DNA of 63,060 bases, taken from contig CAIUIT010000081.1 of NCBI GenBank assembly GCA_903899375.1, positions 1 to 63,060 of the forward strand, given 5' to 3'. This stretch comes from an uncultured Actinomycetes bacterium (lineage in GTDB: Bacteria; Actinomycetota; Actinomycetes; Nanopelagicales; Nanopelagicaceae). Both the position numbers and the translations under genes were made by a program. Positions 1 to 8,424 of this stretch are shown one piece after another. The notes beneath the pieces were generated by a model. The model was not told the origin of the DNA and made no database searches. It saw only the letters and a program-made list of their open reading frames with translations. Position 1 is the stretch's first letter. The number at the start of each line of letters is the position of its first letter.

Positions 1-2105
1 CAGATCGCAGGCTAGAAATATATAGCGCGGTCTTTGATCGCTATGGCTTTAAGAGTACAAAGTATGCGCCAGGCGACAATAGTTCGACAGCAACCGTTGC
101 AATGGTCGAAACATATAAGGCCCGTCATGCGATCCGCGATGTGGGTGCAGCGCTGGGGATTGCGCCGATGGAGATCGATCTGATCGCCAAGTCGATGCCA
201 CATATTAGATCGCGCAATATTCAAAAGGCTTTGGAGAATCTGCCGGAGCTTAAAAGCCTTAATCTCAATAGCCCGATCCTTAAGACGGCGATCAACCTGG
301 CCGCCAGACTCGATGGCCTGCCACGCCATCTGGCGATGCATCCCTGTGCTGTTGTCTTATCCGATCCAGGTCTGCTCGATTATGCGCCGATCGAGATCAA
401 TGCCAGCGGGTATCCGATGTTGCAATTTGATAAGGATGATGTCGAAGCGATCGGCCTGCTCAAGCTCGATATTCTCGGAGTGCGGATGCAATCGGCGATT
501 TCTTATGCGCTGGGTGAGATCAAACGTGTTGATGGCGTTGATCTTGATATCGATGAGATCGCGCTCGACGATGTACCTACATTCGATTTAATTAAATCTG
601 CGCGCACCCTGGGTATCTTTCAAATCGAAAGTCCAGGGCAGCGCGAACTCGTCGGAAAATTTGCACCCGATACCTTTACCGATCTGATCATTGATATTTC
701 ACTCTTCCGGCCCGGGCCAGTTAAGAGCGACATGATCGTGCCCTTCTTAAATGGCAGGCAAGGGCTTAGGCCACGTGATCTGATTCATCCTGATCTCTAT
801 GACGTGCTGCACGAGACCGAAGGCGTTGTTGTCTTTCACGAACAGGTGATTCGAGTTATCTCGATCATGTCGGGTTGTACTTTGGCGGCGGGCGATGAAC
901 GCAGGCGCCAGATGGGTAGCCCCGAAGGACAGATAGAAGTACGCGATTGGTTCTATCCCGCAGCGCTGGCACGTGGATATACCAACGCTGTCATCGATGA
1001 GGTCTGGGAGATATTGCGATCTTTTGCATCTTTTGGTTTCTGTAAGGCGCATGCTGCTGCATTTGCGCTGCCGACCTACCAATCGGCATGGCTTAAAACC
1101 CATTACATGGCGCCTTTTATCGCGGGGTTGCTGACCCATGATCCTGGCATGTATCCCAAGCGTTTGATCTTGGATGAAGCGCGGCAGTGGGGAATCGCTA
1201 TCTTGCCGATCGATGTCAATAAATCTGATCGCGATTACAGGGTGGAACGAGTGGACCTTGATGGTTCAGCGCGTGCTCCCTACCTTGCCCCAGATCTGTT
1301 GAGCACCGGCAAGAGTTTGGTACTGCCCGATGCGCGGGGATATGCGATTCGAATGGCGCTGTGCGATATTGCGGGAATCAACGATAGGGAGCTGGCGGGA
1401 ATCATTCTCTCGCGCCCTTATCTTGATCTCGCTGATTTTGTTGCACGTGCAGGGGTCAGCAGACCGATCTGCGAAGCGCTGATCATGGTCGGTGCATTTG
1501 ATGAACTGCATCAACTAGATCAAGGCAATCTCAATCGCCGCGACCTGCTACTGCATTTACAAGATCTTTATAAGTTGTCGAGCGTCAGTATGCGCGGGAC
1601 CGCGACCAATCAGATGGTTCTGGGCTTAACTCCACCGCCACTCGAATCGAGCGGTCTGCCGCGCTTGTCATCCGCCGAAGAGGTACGTCACGAATTAGAT
1701 TTAACCGGCATGGATATCTCGCGCCATATGCTCGAGTTTTATGGAGAATTTCTCAACCATGTGGGGGCTGTGCGTTCATCGGATCTGATTCACAAACGCT
1801 CTGGAGAATCGGTCTTGGTTGCCGGGGTCAAGGTGGCGCTGCAGATGCCACCGATTCGTACCGGCAAGCGCGTCATCTTCCTTACCCTGGATGATGGGCA
1901 TGGCTGCAACGATGTGACCTTCTTCGAAGATATCCAGCAGAGCAGTGGCAACTTGCTCTTTACCTCTTCACTCTTCTTGGTGCGGGGAGAAGTCAGGCGC
2001 ACTGGCCCGCGCGGAATTTCATTGCGTGCGACGCAGGCGTGGGAACTGACCGACTCTTACGAGAAGTGGCGTAATCTGCGAGTTTATGAGCCAGAACATG
2101 GATGA
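1..2105 (+). CDS. dnaE2: Second DNA polymerase III alpha-subunit paralog, DnaE2/ImuC-type error-prone polymerase; 5' end cut by window edge
   Basis: The reading frame (codons from nt 3) stays open upstream of the listed Met at 102 (..DRYGF..VAMVETYKARHAIRDVGAALG). It carries Pol III alpha core motifs (GIFQIESPGQRELV, FRPGPV, FCKAHAAAFA). The protein ends just after an OB-fold-like segment. A full dnaE1 with a PHP domain lies at 28932, so this is a paralog, and it overlaps dinB. Confidence 0.75.
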   Translation, partial: DRRLEIYSAVFDRYGFKSTKYAPGDNSSTATVAMVETYKARHAIRDVGAALGIAPMEIDLIAKSMPHIRSRNIQKALENLPELKSLNLNSPILKTAINLAARLDGLPRHLAMHPCAVVLSDPGLLDYAPIEINASGYPMLQFDKDDVEAIGLLKLDILGVRMQSAISYALGEIKRVDGVDLDIDEIALDDVPTFDLIKSARTLGIFQIESPGQRELVGKFAPDTFTDLIIDISLFRPGPVKSDMIVPFLNGRQGLRPRDLIHPDLYDVLHETEGVVVFHEQVIRVISIMSGCTLAAGDERRRQMGSPEGQIEVRDWFYPAALARGYTNAVIDEVWEILRSFASFGFCKAHAAAFALPTYQSAWLKTHYMAPFIAGLLTHDPGMYPKRLILDEARQWGIAILPIDVNKSDRDYRVERVDLDGSARAPYLAPDLLSTGKSLVLPDARGYAIRMALCDIAGINDRELAGIILSRPYLDLADFVARAGVSRPICEALIMVGAFDELHQLDQGNLNRRDLLLHLQDLYKLSSVSMRGTATNQMVLGLTPPPLESSGLPRLSSAEEVRHELDLTGMDISRHMLEFYGEFLNHVGAVRSSDLIHKRSGESVLVAGVKVALQMPPIRTGKRVIFLTLDDGHGCNDVTFFEDIQQSSGNLLFTSSLFLVRGEVRRTGPRGISLRATQAWELTDSYEKWRNLRVYEPEHG

Positions 2106-3285
2106 GATCGCAACGATCCTCCATGTGGATATGGATGCTTTCTATGCATCGGTCGCCGAGAAAGATGATCCATCACTGCGTGGCAAAGCTGTCGTTGTAG
2201 GAGCCGGAGCTCGTGGAGTCGTCTTGTCCGCCAACTACGAAGCACGCAAATTTGGAATTCGCGCTGCCATGCCAGTCGGTCGCGCACAACGGATGGCGCC
2301 GCATGCAATCTTCGTGGCTCCCAACCACCATCGTTACAGCGAAGTTTCGCGTGGGGTTATGGAAATCTTCGAAAGTTACACACCGCTCGTCGAACCGATC
2401 TCACTCGATGAAGCCTTTCTCGATGTAACGGGATCGCGCAAATTAATGGGCGATGGTCCCGAGATTGGACGGCGCATTCGCGCTGATGTGTATGCACAAG
2501 CTGGTATCACCTGCTCGGTGGGAATTGCGACAACAAAATTCATCGCAAAACTAGCATCACAGGCTTGCAAGCCGAATGGCATGCTCGAAGTTGATCCAGC
2601 AAAAGTCTTAGATTTCTTACATCCGCTACCCGTTAGCGCGGTCTGGGGGGTTGGACCCAAGACAAATGAGGAGTTGTTGCGATTGGGTCTGCGCACTGTG
2701 GGCGATATTGCCAATACGCCGCGGCAGACCCTGGTACGAGCGCTCGGTGAAGCCAACGGGGTTCATCTCTACGAACTTGCATGGGGTCGTGACTATCGAC
2801 CAGTCACTCCCGACGAACCCGATAAAAGTATCAGCGCCGCCGAAACCTTTGCGCGAGATTTAGAAGATCAAGAAGAGATCTTGCGCGAACTGCTGCGCCT
2901 TACCGAAAAAGCGAGTGCCAGATTGCGCGCCCGCCAGATGTCGGCGCAGACTATTTCTATAAAAGTGCGCTTCGCTGATTTCAAAACAATCTCCCGCTCC
3001 AAGACGGTGTCGCTCCCTATTGATGGAATGCAGGAGTGCTACGACCTTGCGAAGAAGTTATATATAGCTCTCAAACTCGATCGCGCGCGAATCCGCTTAA
3101 TTGGAATTGCCTTAGAAAACCTGGTGGATTCGGATGGCGCCCCAGTGCAACTGGAGTTGGGGGAGCGCGAAAGTGGCTGGCGCGAAGCGACCCGCGCGAT
3201 GGATCAAGCGAAGGCGCGCTTTGGAGATGCCTCTGTCCGCCCGGCGCGATTATTTGAGCGAAGCAGTGAGGAATCTGAGAGGTAG
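2086..3285 (+). CDS. dinB: DNA polymerase IV (Y-family translesion polymerase)
   Basis: 399 aa with HVDMDAFYASV and SLDEAFLDVT motifs typical of DinB/UmuC-family palm domains. An alternative ATG at 2098 gives an ATGGATGA overlap with the dnaE2 stop. Confidence 0.9.
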   Translation: MSQNMDEIATILHVDMDAFYASVAEKDDPSLRGKAVVVGAGARGVVLSANYEARKFGIRAAMPVGRAQRMAPHAIFVAPNHHRYSEVSRGVMEIFESYTPLVEPISLDEAFLDVTGSRKLMGDGPEIGRRIRADVYAQAGITCSVGIATTKFIAKLASQACKPNGMLEVDPAKVLDFLHPLPVSAVWGVGPKTNEELLRLGLRTVGDIANTPRQTLVRALGEANGVHLYELAWGRDYRPVTPDEPDKSISAAETFARDLEDQEEILRELLRLTEKASARLRARQMSAQTISIKVRFADFKTISRSKTVSLPIDGMQECYDLAKKLYIALKLDRARIRLIGIALENLVDSDGAPVQLELGERESGWREATRAMDQAKARFGDASVRPARLFERSSEESER

Positions 3286-3331
3286 CAAACACGGCTCTAG
3301 ATAGCGAAGTTAGGCACGACTGCTCTATTCT

Positions 3332-3691
3332 TTGGCCATGGCTCTATCTGATCACGAACGCAAACTTCTTGCAGAGATGGAAGCTGCCTTCGAGCAAGAA
3401 GATCCCCGCCTCGTCTCAACCCTTACGGGTAGCGCACGCACTAAGCAGGGAAGTTATGTTTTTTATGGCATATTCGGCGTACTTGCTGGAATGGGAATTC
3501 TCTTTGGCGGCCTCATTGCCAAGCTGATTGCCGTGGGATTGCTTGGCTTTGTTGTCGCTCTTGCGGGCGCCTTCTTTATCTTTACTAATTTTTCGCTTAG
3601 CAAAGGTGGAAGGAATATGCCCAAGGCGAAGAAGCCAAAGTGGAGTGATCGACTTGAAGGACGTTGGGATCGTCGTAATTACGACAATTAA
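3332..3691 (+). CDS. DUF3040-family small membrane protein
   Basis: The N-terminus (MALSDHERKLLAEMEAAFEQEDPRL) is followed by two hydrophobic helices, the pattern of the DUF3040 proteins found upstream of actinobacterial dcw clusters. The ATG at 3338 is a likelier start than the TTG at 3332. Confidence 0.75.
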   Translation: MAMALSDHERKLLAEMEAAFEQEDPRLVSTLTGSARTKQGSYVFYGIFGVLAGMGILFGGLIAKLIAVGLLGFVVALAGAFFIFTNFSLSKGGRNMPKAKKPKWSDRLEGRWDRRNYDN

Positions 3692-4522
3692 TTAACGCAA
3701 GAAGAGTTTAGTAAGTCTCTGCGTTGTAATCGTTACGCCAACAGAAGCCATAACTACGAAGTAGAGCACATGCCACAAAATTCCCCAGGTAACAATTCCC
3801 AAGGTAAGGTCTCTAACCATTGCGATCGCCTGCCAGAGCGGTAACGATTTTAATATTCCCTGCAAGTAACCGGGATATACCGTTAATGGGTAGAAAGATC
3901 CAGAGAACAAGAACATCGGCAACATCGCGATATTGATGTAGTCCATCTGCTGGAAAGTGCTAAAGCACGATGTGATTCCCATGCCCACTGAGGCAAAACC
4001 AAAGGCGATGAGCACGGCAGCGGGTACAGCCAGAATTCCCCACCAACTCGTGATAAGACCTGCTGGTACCACAACGCACATAAAGCCAACTGCATATGAG
4101 AACCCGCGAAGCAGGGACCAACCGATCTCACCCAAAGCGACATCTAGCGGCCCAAGAGATGTTTGTAACATTCCCTGATAAATGCGGTCATGTTTCAATT
4201 TAAAGAAGACATTCCACGTAGAGTCATAGATCGCACCGTTCATTGCGCTTGTAGCTAGCAGGCCGGGTGCGATGTACATGGCATAACTCACTACGTGGCC
4301 ATTTTGTAGGGGGATCTTCCCGATCAGATGGCCTAGCCCGTATCCAAAAGAGAGCAGATATAGCACTGGCTCAAAGAAACCCGAGAGCACTGCAAGCCAT
4401 GCAGAGTTCCTAAATGCAATGAGGCTTCGTTCGAGCAGAATATGTGCTCGGCCCGAGTAACGACTTTCGGCAAAACGGCCGCGCCGTGATTGCGCTATCA
4501 AGACTGCGTTATCGGTAATCAT
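3692..4522 (-). CDS. ABC-2 type transporter permease
   Basis: 276 aa polytopic membrane protein. It has an ATGA overlap with the upstream permease and follows an ABC ATPase on the same strand. Confidence 0.8.
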   Translation of the reverse strand: MITDNAVLIAQSRRGRFAESRYSGRAHILLERSLIAFRNSAWLAVLSGFFEPVLYLLSFGYGLGHLIGKIPLQNGHVVSYAMYIAPGLLATSAMNGAIYDSTWNVFFKLKHDRIYQGMLQTSLGPLDVALGEIGWSLLRGFSYAVGFMCVVVPAGLITSWWGILAVPAAVLIAFGFASVGMGITSCFSTFQQMDYINIAMLPMFLFSGSFYPLTVYPGYLQGILKSLPLWQAIAMVRDLTLGIVTWGILWHVLYFVVMASVGVTITTQRLTKLFLR

Positions 4523-5343
4523 TTCGCCAGCCTCTGCTCAAACTGACGATGTGCGAAGCGCATACCAAAACTGAACATTGCTACTAAATACCCGATATGC
4601 ACGCAGAACATCAATCCGCTGATGTGATGACCATATGTTAAGTATCGACCAAGTTCAGTTGTATGCCAGAGTGGCGATAACCAACCAATCCAACGGAGAT
4701 AAATTGGCATCGAAGAGAGTTGATAGAAAGTGCCAGAAAATAGAAAGAGAGGCATCATTACAAAGCGACCGAGCACCATAAAGAATGAATCATCATTCTT
4801 AGCCCACGCCGCAATTCCCATAATAAAGGCGCCAAATGCTGCAGCGGCAGCAAAGGAGGTAGGTATAGCCAGCCATCCGCGAATAGATGTAAATCCGCCG
4901 AAGAGGTAGACGATGGTGCCGTAGATGGTGACGGAGAAGGTGACTCGTACAAGGGAAGCAATCAATATTCCGTTTGCGATCTGCCTTCCAGATATTGGAG
5001 TTGAGTTGATGGCAAAGAAGGATTTATTCCACTTGAAGCCCTCGAGGGTGGGAAACACAACTTCATCCAATGCATTTTGAATCGCAGCGGTAGATAAAAG
5101 GGCAGGGGCGAGAAAGGTGAGATATTTAACTCCGTCTACCCCGCCGGAGTGAGCATTTATCAATTTTCCGACACCTACGCCGATAGCGATGAGATACAGG
5201 AATGGATTGGCAACGGCCGCTGAAGTCAGCCCCGGGATATATTTTAGAAGTACCAGGAGACGACCTTCGACAACCGAGAGAGCGCCGTGCCTCTTGATGC
5301 GATCTACATCTACTATCACGAGGGAACCTTGGCGAGCAGCCAT
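4519..5343 (-). CDS. ABC-2 type transporter permease (second subunit)
   Basis: Polytopic membrane ORF. The listed start at 5490 would overlap the ATPase gene by about 130 nt. The internal ATG at 5343 (MAARQGSL..) lies 17 nt after the ATPase stop, so it is preferred. Confidence 0.75.
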   Translation of the reverse strand: MAARQGSLVIVDVDRIKRHGALSVVEGRLLVLLKYIPGLTSAAVANPFLYLIAIGVGVGKLINAHSGGVDGVKYLTFLAPALLSTAAIQNALDEVVFPTLEGFKWNKSFFAINSTPISGRQIANGILIASLVRVTFSVTIYGTIVYLFGGFTSIRGWLAIPTSFAAAAAFGAFIMGIAAWAKNDDSFFMVLGRFVMMPLFLFSGTFYQLSSMPIYLRWIGWLSPLWHTTELGRYLTYGHHISGLMFCVHIGYLVAMFSFGMRFAHRQFEQRLAK

Positions 5344-5359
5344 GCTTAATTCACCACCT

Positions 5360-6292
5360 TTAGTCGACCAGAGTGCGACCTGTAAGTCGAAGGAAGACAT
5401 CTTCCAACGAACTTCGACGCACGAGTGATGTAAGTGGGTGGAGCCCTTTTTGACCAAGATCGTGGAGCAGAACTTCGCCATCATCGGCATACATCAGAAT
5501 GCGATCTGGCAGAACTTCGATACGCTCGCACATCTCTTTTAGTTGAGGTGCCACGTCTGCATTTCGATCAGAGCCGAAACGAACTTCCAAAACTTCCTTC
5601 GTTGAAAAATTCTTGATCAATCCGGCGGGAGAATCTTCGGCCATGATCGATCCTTTATCCATGACCATCAAGCGATCGCAGAGCTGTTCGGCCTCGTCCA
5701 TATAGTGAGTCGTGATGAGAAGAGTCACGCCTTGTTCTTTAAGACGGAAGAGGCGATCCCACAAGATATGACGAGCTTGCGGATCAAGACCGGTGGTAGG
5801 TTCATCGAGCATCAAGATTTCAGGTTCACTCACCAACGCGCGTGCAATTGTCAGACGCCGTTTCATTCCACCGCTCAACGTCTCGACTTTGACCGAGCGT
5901 TTTTCAGTAAGTTGAGCAAAATCTAGAAGCTCATCAATTTTTGGGGCAATGAATTTTTTGGAGAGACCGAAGTAGCGACCGTAGATGTACAAGTTCTCTT
6001 CAACGGTGAGGGCGTTATCCAAATTATCGGTCTGAGGAACGACGCCTAAGTGGGCTTTGATCTCTGGGCCAAATTTCTCAGGATCCTTCCCCAGAATGGT
6101 GATCTCTCCGCTGGTTCGAGTCAGCGTGGCAGCGATGATCCGCATCGTCGTGGACTTTCCCGCGCCATTTGGACCTAGAAATCCGAAGGATTCTCCTTTG
6201 CGCACCTGAAAATCGATGCCATTTACCGCCGTGAAGTCGCCGTAACGCTTGACCAGCTGCTTCGCCTCTATGAGTACCTCTTGATTGGCCAT
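5360..6292 (-). CDS. ABC transporter ATP-binding protein (DrrA/NodI-like exporter ATPase)
   Basis: Walker A (GPNGAGKST), signature (LSGGMKRRL) and Walker B (LMLDEPTTGLD) are present. The ATG at 6292 (MANQEVLIEAKQL) is preferred over the GTG at 6316. Confidence 0.9.
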   Translation of the reverse strand: MANQEVLIEAKQLVKRYGDFTAVNGIDFQVRKGESFGFLGPNGAGKSTTMRIIAATLTRTSGEITILGKDPEKFGPEIKAHLGVVPQTDNLDNALTVEENLYIYGRYFGLSKKFIAPKIDELLDFAQLTEKRSVKVETLSGGMKRRLTIARALVSEPEILMLDEPTTGLDPQARHILWDRLFRLKEQGVTLLITTHYMDEAEQLCDRLMVMDKGSIMAEDSPAGLIKNFSTKEVLEVRFGSDRNADVAPQLKEMCERIEVLPDRILMYADDGEVLLHDLGQKGLHPLTSLVRRSSLEDVFLRLTGRTLVD

Positions 6293-6371
6293 AAGAGTGC
6301 AGATCCTAATAGCCACTCACGCGCTGCGAGCTCAATTTCAAGGGGGAGGAGTGGAGCGCCGAGGCAAGAAA

Positions 6372-6416
6372 GTGGGCAAAGGTGGTTGAAAAAGGGGAAA
6401 AGTGGAGTAAAGTGGT
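6372..6416 (+). promoter_or_regulatory. Candidate MraZ operator: GTGG(G/T/A) boxes in 10-bp register upstream of mraZ
   Basis: GTGGG at 6372, GTGGT at 6382, GTGGA at 6402 and GTGGT at 6412, with a degenerate AAGGG at 6392 and GTGC at 6452. All share the same 10-nt phase and lie 60-100 nt upstream of the mraZ ATG. Confidence 0.55.
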
Positions 6417-6472
6417 GGATGTTCACAATTTGGGGGAATTGAGAACGGAAAGTGCTTGAAAAAGGGGAGAAA

Positions 6473-6904
6473 ATGTTTCTAGGGACCCACGAGCCTAAGC
6501 TCGATGAGAAGGGTCGCCTTATCCTGCCCGCCCGCTTCCGAGATGAGCTGGCGAAGGGCCTTGTCATAACCAAGGGTCAAGAGCGCTGTCTCTACGTCTT
6601 TCCGATGAGTGAATTTACCTCCATTACCGAGCGGATGCGCCAAGCACCTGTAACCGAAAAAGGCGCTCGGGATTACATGCGCGTGATGTTTGCTGGGGCC
6701 CATGACGAGGTTCCAGATAAGCAAGGGCGAGTCACGATCCCCAGCGGCCTGCGTAGCTATGCCGGCCTAGAAAAAGAGTGCGTCGTTATCGGTGCCAATA
6801 CCCGATTAGAAATTTGGGACTCCGCTGCATGGAACACCTACCTCGCCGATCGCGAGAAGGGCTTTGCAGATGTTTCGACGGAGGTGCTGCCCGGACTCTT
6901 CTGA
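6473..6904 (+). CDS. mraZ: Transcriptional regulator MraZ
   Basis: [23 protein letters not shown] is the canonical MraZ N-terminus, and there are two SpoVT/AbrB-like repeats. It is the first gene of the dcw cluster. An SD (AAGGGGAG) precedes the ATG at 6473; the listed GTG at 6452 adds 7 unlikely residues. Confidence 0.92.
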   Translation: MFLGTHEPKLDEKGRLILPARFRDELAKGLVITKGQERCLYVFPMSEFTSITERMRQAPVTEKGARDYMRVMFAGAHDEVPDKQGRVTIPSGLRSYAGLEKECVVIGANTRLEIWDSAAWNTYLADREKGFADVSTEVLPGLF

Positions 6905-6937
6905 CATCTCTGGTTAGGCCATCGCCGACTTCATATT

Positions 6938-6963
6938 AACGACGCCACTTCCCCGGCGTCGTT
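6938..6963 (+). other. Perfect 9-bp RNA hairpin in the mraZ-rsmH spacer
   Basis: AACGACGCC (6938-6946) pairs perfectly with GGCGTCGTT (6955-6963) around an 8-nt loop. It is followed by CCCCC rather than a U-tract. Confidence 0.5.
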
Positions 6964-7060
6964 CCCCCAAGATCCGTCGGTCGGCGGTGACCTAAACAGA
7001 GAAGTCCAGCACAACGAAAAATGCAAAGTTCGTTTTTAGGTAAGAAGAAAGGGGAAGCAG

Positions 7061-8020
7061 ATGACTAAGCAACATATACCTGTCGCGCTAGAGCGTTGCA
7101 TTGATTTGCTGACCCCTGCTATCGAATACTCGCTCAAGAGCGATTCGACGACGTATGTCATCGATGCGACTCTAGGTCTTGGCGGACATGCTCGAGCGCT
7201 GCTCGCGAAATTTCCCACGCTCGTTGTCATTGGCATAGACCGCGATGAGCGGGCAATCGCCATTGCTCGTGAGAACGTGGCTCCCTTTGGCGATCGCCTC
7301 TTGATTTCGCACACAACGTACGATCAGATTGAATCGATACTTGTAGATCAACAGATTGAGAAAGTTGCTGGAATCCTCTTTGACTTGGGCGTTTCCTCGA
7401 TGCAACTCGATGACGGGGAACGTGGTTTCGCCTATTCATATGATGCTCCGCTGGATATGCGGATGGACCAAAGCAAAGGATCTACCGCATTCGAAGTTCT
7501 GCATACTTATAATCATGGCGCACTCGTGCGCATTCTCCGCATGTATGGTGAAGAGAAGTTTGCGCCGCGAATCGCAGATTTCATTATTGAGGCGCGCACC
7601 GCGGGAGCGTTGAACACGACGAAAGATTTAGCGGATTTGGTTAAAAACGCTATCCCCGCCGCCGCTCGGCGCACGGGGGGAAATCCAGCGAAACGAACCT
7701 TTCAAGCATTGCGTATTGAAGTGAATCAAGAGCTAGCTATTCTAGAACGTGCAATTCCTGCTGCATTAGAGGCACTGGAAGTTCACGGACGCCTCGTTGT
7801 TATGGCTTACCAATCCCTCGAGGATAAGATCGTTAAAAGCGCGCTTACCGCGATTACCGAGTCCAAGACGCCGCGTGGATTGCCAGTCGACCTACCAAAT
7901 AGCGCCGCAAAATACGCTCTTGTTATGCGGGGGAGCGAAGCCGCTTCGGATGCTGAAATCGTTATTAACCCGCGCGCACAATCTATGCGTTTGCGCGCCG
8001 TCGAACGGTTGGCCGCATAA
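7061..8020 (+). CDS. rsmH: 16S rRNA (cytosine1402-N4)-methyltransferase
   Basis: 319 aa with HIPV, DATLGLGGH and FDLGVSSMQLD motifs of the MraW/RsmH family. It sits in the second position of the dcw cluster. Confidence 0.93.
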   Translation: MTKQHIPVALERCIDLLTPAIEYSLKSDSTTYVIDATLGLGGHARALLAKFPTLVVIGIDRDERAIAIARENVAPFGDRLLISHTTYDQIESILVDQQIEKVAGILFDLGVSSMQLDDGERGFAYSYDAPLDMRMDQSKGSTAFEVLHTYNHGALVRILRMYGEEKFAPRIADFIIEARTAGALNTTKDLADLVKNAIPAAARRTGGNPAKRTFQALRIEVNQELAILERAIPAALEALEVHGRLVVMAYQSLEDKIVKSALTAITESKTPRGLPVDLPNSAAKYALVMRGSEAASDAEIVINPRAQSMRLRAVERLAA

Positions 8021-8424
8021 TGGCGATCCAACAGATTGATCAATTAGCGCCAGCGCTTTCGCAGCGCTCGCGAGTTCGTGAATTTGCCGACCAAACTCTC
8101 GCTGCTCTCAAACTCGTACCAGATTTAACCGTTGACAACAGTCAGACAGTCAGTAACCGCGCTTTCATCGGATTTTTGATTGGGGTGTTTACAGCTGGGC
8201 TCCTTCTCCTGCTCAGCGTAAATACCGCGCTCACCTCCGGTGCGTTCACGCTAGAAAATATGAAACTGCATCTCGCGGCTGTTAATGATCAGCGAGATGC
8301 AATGCTCAATGCGGTGGCAGCCTTCTCCTCGCCTGATACCTTGGCGACCGCCGCCACGAAGATGGGAATGCAACCTCAACTCTCGATTAACTTCCTCAAC
8401 ATCGATGGCGGGACCACCAAGTGA
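8020..8424 (+). CDS. ftsL: FtsL-like cell division membrane protein
   Basis: 134 aa with a single TM helix (FIGFLIGVFTAGLLLLLSV) followed by an extracytoplasmic segment. It lies between rsmH and ftsI, with a TAATG overlap upstream and a GTGA overlap downstream. The call is by position and architecture only. Confidence 0.6.
   Translation: MAIQQIDQLAPALSQRSRVREFADQTLAALKLVPDLTVDNSQTVSNRAFIGFLIGVFTAGLLLLLSVNTALTSGAFTLENMKLHLAAVNDQRDAMLNAVAAFSSPDTLATAATKMGMQPQLSINFLNIDGGTTK

Noticed and set aside
5344-5490. N-terminal extension of the ABC permease ORF, overlapping the ATPase gene by about 130 nt
   Set aside because: The extension (MPMMAKFCSTILVKKGSTHLHHSC..) is not membrane-like and overlaps a confident gene. 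The internal ATG at 5343 fits the operon spacing.
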